From positions 1-27,148 of IMG/VR virus record IMGVR_UViG_3300043754_000005: a stretch of 27,148 bases of DNA; one strand, 5' to 3'. The notes beneath the pieces are model-generated. The model was given only the letters and a program-made list of their open reading frames with translations. It was not told the DNA's origin and ran no database searches. Of the stretch, positions 24,210 to 27,148 are shown piece after piece. Position 1 is the first letter of the stretch. Every line of letters begins with the position of its first letter. A program made the position numbers and the translations under genes. Source of the DNA: a virus. Lineage: Duplodnaviria; Caudoviricetes.

Positions 24210-24512
24210 TCACTCGAATACGTAGTAGGTGTTTGGACCTGACCGGCCTTTGCGGCACCCATAGTGCGCGAGAGCTGTGCCTATCGCACCGTAATCTGAC
24301 CTGCTGATGTCCATGCCGATGACCTGGGAAATCTGCTCGAGGCTCATGCGGCCGACAAGTTCCTCAGAATTCTCGTTGAGCGCTCGGATGAACACGATGA
24401 CATCCGCTGAAATCCTGGTAGACGATGTTGACTTTTCAATTGCTGGAACTACTTGAACATTCGCGAGCTGGTCAACTGTGTGTTGAAATGTCTCAGAACC
24501 CATTTTGCTCAC
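24210..24512 (-). CDS. Hypothetical protein, possible winged-helix DNA-binding protein
   Basis: C-terminal half MSLEQISQVIG...DYGAIGTALxxxGCRKxRxGxxxYY has a helix-helix-wing pattern; overlaps upstream gene; followed by terminator. Confidence 0.65.
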   Translation of the reverse strand: MSKMGSETFQHTVDQLANVQVVPAIEKSTSSTRISADVIVFIRALNENSEELVGRMSLEQISQVIGMDISRSDYGAIGTALAHYGCRKGRSGPNTYYVFE

Positions 24513-24741
24513 GTCCGTCGTTCATACGCTCTTCCCACTCTCTTTCACGCTCCATTAGTTTCTCGAGCTTCATCTCAGTGCTTGGGCTAAGCCCGGCCAG
24601 GTCGTGGTTTGGCTTAAAATCGTCGCCAAAGAATCGTCTAAACGTCAGGTACTCATTTTCACGGTACAGCTCACTAAGTCGGGTCTTCAGCCACTCGTTC
24701 TCGCCTACCAACCGGCGCATTGTTTCTTCGAGGTTATCCAT
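24493..24741 (-). CDS. Hypothetical coiled-coil protein
   Basis: 82 aa; ATG with SD GGAG, overlaps both neighbours; heptad-like ENxxL repeats. Confidence 0.7.
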   Translation of the reverse strand: MDNLEETMRRLVGENEWLKTRLSELYRENEYLTFRRFFGDDFKPNHDLAGLSPSTEMKLEKLMEREREWEERMNDGREQNGF

Positions 24742-25318
24742 TGTTCTGCTCCTTCGCCTGCTCCACTCGGTCCTTGAGTATCTGCATGATGTACTGCGCC
24801 ACGTATTCGTGATTTGGTAGGTTCATCTCGTTGTATAGCTCGGCCACCTCCTGAGCCTCGAACGCCGCGTCTTCCAGCCCCTCCAGAAACCCATCCCGGT
24901 AACCTTCCCCACGAGCGTCAGAATTCTCGTTGTAGAGCTCTACGTTGCGCTTCGTTAGATGCTCGACTTGGCGCTGTAGTTCGTACGTTTTGGCGACCTC
25001 TCTGCGAATCTTGTGCCAATCCATAATGAGCTCCTTCGCGCTCATGCCAGTTTCCCTGCGGACCATTCCAAGCTCAAGGCGCATCCAACCGTTTTGCTGT
25101 TGGAGCTGTTCGATTTCCTCATCTAGGTCATTGATAGTATCGGCCTGGGTGCAGATGTTAATCGCCATCTCCTCAGTCTCTGCCTCAAGCTCCCTTACCT
25201 GAGCGAAGTACCCTTCAGTCACAGACTCAGCAAGCTTAACAAGTTTGTGCAGCTTGTCGTTCTCATGCTTAAGCTCGCCCATCTCCAGCATCAGCTTCAT
25301 AAATTCGTTAAAGTCCAT
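24734..25318 (-). CDS. Hypothetical coiled-coil protein with C-terminal repeated domain
   Basis: 194 aa, long heptad pattern, SD GGAG, tightly packed in operon. Confidence 0.78.
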   Translation of the reverse strand: MDFNEFMKLMLEMGELKHENDKLHKLVKLAESVTEGYFAQVRELEAETEEMAINICTQADTINDLDEEIEQLQQQNGWMRLELGMVRRETGMSAKELIMDWHKIRREVAKTYELQRQVEHLTKRNVELYNENSDARGEGYRDGFLEGLEDAAFEAQEVAELYNEMNLPNHEYVAQYIMQILKDRVEQAKEQNNG

Positions 25319-25322
25319 TTTC

Positions 25323-25706
25323 TTACTCCATGCAGTTAAGTTGTTTAATGATTTCCACCTTCACATCCCACACGCCATTCGCCCAGTCAGTCAGGCCAAC
25401 TTCTTGAAAGTGTCTTAGGCGTTCATCTACGAAGTCATTCAAGTCCATCAGTATCCAATGCTTTCCGGCGCGGCGCTCGCTTTGCATCATCGTGTTTGCG
25501 TTGGTTAGCTCCAATTTTACGGAATTAAGCTCTCTAGATATAAATTCACTCCATTTCTTAACTGCTTCGTTGTTCAGCTTAAGCGCTTGATTTTCCCTCA
25601 CAACCGACTCAAGCTCGTCCAGCAGCCTGTCGTTTTCTTCATGAAGGCCGTGATTCTCGAGGTTCAGCTGGATAACCAGTTTATGAAGCTCCTCGTTCTC
25701 GCTCAT
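25323..25706 (-). CDS. Hypothetical coiled-coil protein with C-terminal repeated domain
   Basis: 127 aa; ATGA overlap with upstream stop; SD GGAG. Confidence 0.75.
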   Translation of the reverse strand: MSENEELHKLVIQLNLENHGLHEENDRLLDELESVVRENQALKLNNEAVKKWSEFISRELNSVKLELTNANTMMQSERRAGKHWILMDLNDFVDERLRHFQEVGLTDWANGVWDVKVEIIKQLNCME

Positions 25707-26077
25707 AGTGCTGCATGCTCCCGCTTCAGTTCGTCCATCCGGCTAATGATTTCTTGCTCTATCTCCGAGGCATCATTTTCCTTCACAAACTTGAGCAGGT
25801 CATGAAGGTGGCATATTCCTCCGCGCAGTAGCGTGCTATACCTAAACATCTCGAAATCAACTAAATCTAGGCTAACCTTCCCGACTCCATCCTCTTCGAC
25901 TCTCTGATTCTCCGCTCGCGCTTCATTAAGCGCCATCGTCGTTTCGTTCAGCGCTTCCAGCAGCGCCTCATAGTCCTCCTTCAGTTTTTTGTGCTTATCA
26001 GCCAGGTCGTCGCACAGCAGTACAACCTCAGCCATCTCTGTAAGCTGCCTAGCGAGCTTATTATCTGGAAAAATCAT
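25703..26077 (-). CDS. Hypothetical coiled-coil protein
   Basis: 124 aa; ATGA overlaps at both ends. Confidence 0.75.
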   Translation of the reverse strand: MIFPDNKLARQLTEMAEVVLLCDDLADKHKKLKEDYEALLEALNETTMALNEARAENQRVEEDGVGKVSLDLVDFEMFRYSTLLRGGICHLHDLLKFVKENDASEIEQEIISRMDELKREHAAL

Positions 26078-26322
26078 CGCGCCATCCCCTTCTGCTTAAT
26101 CGTGAACATCTGGCGCAGGTCCGGAGAATTGCTCTTGGTGTGTGCAGTTAATCCACCACCGAGCATCCACTGGTCCATTCTGCCTGCTTGGTATACGGCA
26201 TCGGTGTAGTGCTTGAGCAACTCGTAGGTGAACTCAAGCTTAATTGTCTGCCCATCCTCTAGAACCACATCGTTTCCGGTTATTGACTTGTACAGGTTTT
26301 CGATTTCTTCTTTGCTAATCAT
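26074..26322 (-). CDS. Hypothetical protein
   Basis: Start moved to ATG 26322 (MISKEEIENLY; SD GGGAG; ATGA overlap with upstream small ORF). Confidence 0.7.
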   Translation of the reverse strand: MISKEEIENLYKSITGNDVVLEDGQTIKLEFTYELLKHYTDAVYQAGRMDQWMLGGGLTAHTKSNSPDLRQMFTIKQKGMAR

Positions 26323-26414
26323 TTCCACTCCCATTTTTCACGTTGTGCAGGCGTGCTGCGTTTAAATAAACCAGATATTGCTACGATAAACACCGCGATA
26401 AAAATAATGCTCAT
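26319..26414 (-). CDS. 31-aa single-TM peptide
   Basis: Below ORF-track cutoff. MSIIFIAVFIVAISGLFKRSTPAQREKWEWK; ATGA overlaps with both neighbours; SD AAGGA. Confidence 0.65.
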   Translation of the reverse strand: MSIIFIAVFIVAISGLFKRSTPAQREKWEWK

Positions 26415-26797
26415 GATTCATCCTTAATTAACTCACGAATGTTCTTAAGAACTTCCAGCGCGCCTTCAGATTGGCGATATTCCTTCTTGTAGATAAAGCC
26501 AGCATCCACTGCGCACCCCACGTTCAACGCGTCACGCAAAGCCTCCAGACGTGCGTTCTCGCGCTCTGATTTGATAATAGCATCATATTCTTTCGGCGTG
26601 AATACGCGCAATTGCAAAGAGTACAGCATGCCCTCTTCATTTTTTGTGACCTTGATTTTCTTCTCTTCGACAATTGCCTGTCCCATCGTCTTAGCCAGGT
26701 CCTTGCGTACGATTTTCTCAGCTGCTACTGGGTCCGCCATGAATTCCTTCAGCACTAGGGTTGATGCCGCCAGAAATGTGTTGCTGTCTTGCTTCAC
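26411..26797 (-). CDS. Hypothetical protein with C-terminal repeated domain
   Basis: Start moved to GTG 26797 (SD GGAG, 1 nt after upstream stop), which removes the overlap implied by the track start at 26860. Confidence 0.75.
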   Translation of the reverse strand: MKQDSNTFLAASTLVLKEFMADPVAAEKIVRKDLAKTMGQAIVEEKKIKVTKNEEGMLYSLQLRVFTPKEYDAIIKSERENARLEALRDALNVGCAVDAGFIYKKEYRQSEGALEVLKNIRELIKDES

Positions 26798-26798
26798 T

Positions 26799-27029
26799 TC
26801 AGTTCTCCATCTCAGTTGGTTGTAAATCGTATAGCAACTGAGTTTTAGATTTTCTGTCAATTAATTTCATTATTTCGTGCATTCCGTCGGCTGCTCCGTT
26901 TGACCTCGGGTAGTCGTGGGACTGTAGGTGCTTGGTGTGCACCCTACCGACTGCTAGGAATGCGTCCGAAAGCGCTTGCTGTCTAGCCATGTCAACCATC
27001 TCTTTGACCTGCTCGTCGTTGAAATTCAC
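26799..27029 (-). CDS. Hypothetical protein (stand-alone repeated domain)
   Basis: 76 aa; GTG start with SD GGGGA immediately after upstream stop. Confidence 0.72.
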   Translation of the reverse strand: MNFNDEQVKEMVDMARQQALSDAFLAVGRVHTKHLQSHDYPRSNGAADGMHEIMKLIDRKSKTQLLYDLQPTEMEN

Positions 27030-27148
27030 TTAAAATCCCCTTTGCTCAACCAGTTGTCTGTATCGGAGCCTAACGGCGTCTGCCCCGCTCATCTCCCCTA
27101 ATGCACCATCGACATTTCGTAGCACACGGATTGCATTCTCGAATCCGA
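27030..27148 (-). CDS. Hypothetical protein, 3' fragment (5'-truncated by window edge)
   Basis: Open frame ...GFENAIRVLRNVDGALGEMSGADAVRLRYRQLVEQRGF-stop (TAA 27032-27030) abutting the next GTG. Confidence 0.55.
   Translation of the reverse strand, partial: GFENAIRVLRNVDGALGEMSGADAVRLRYRQLVEQRGF

Noticed and set aside
23745-24307. Several short ORFs across the iteron region
   Set aside because: They are translations of the repeats (WDK/LSQ/CP units) on both strands, and some cross the terminator; the region is better explained as non-coding.

Overview
The whole window is a bacteriophage (or prophage) segment, and essentially every real gene is on the minus strand, so it reads from right to left. 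In order: (1) a cluster of small, helical early genes (24.2-27.1 kb), several sharing a ~44-aa repeated domain; (2) a terminator and an iteron/inverted-repeat region that looks like a replication origin (23.86-24.16 kb); (3) a Mor/C-family transcription activator; (4) a lysis cassette with two holin-like genes, a GH73 endolysin, overlapping i-/o-spanins and an extra Ala/Ser-rich protein; (5) a lambda-like cos site; (6) a lambda-like packaging/head module (Nu1-like TerS, GpA-like TerL, adaptor, portal, fused prohead protease-major capsid); (7) a P2-like contractile tail (V, W, J, I, tailspike, fibre, sheath, tube, E/E', tape measure, U). The spanins imply a Gram-negative host. The clearest non-coding signal is a 20-bp box, GGAAAA(A/C)CCACACAAGGAAA, present five times, each exactly 17 nt upstream of a -10-like hexamer. 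It is probably the activator-dependent late promoter, and three copies are embedded in coding sequence, including one inside the capsid gene. Also notable are an HTH-metallophosphoesterase plus a small 4-Cys protein inserted between the terminase subunits, a -1 frameshift product and a 31-aa membrane peptide that the ORF track misses. All product calls come from motif recognition and synteny only; no database search was run.
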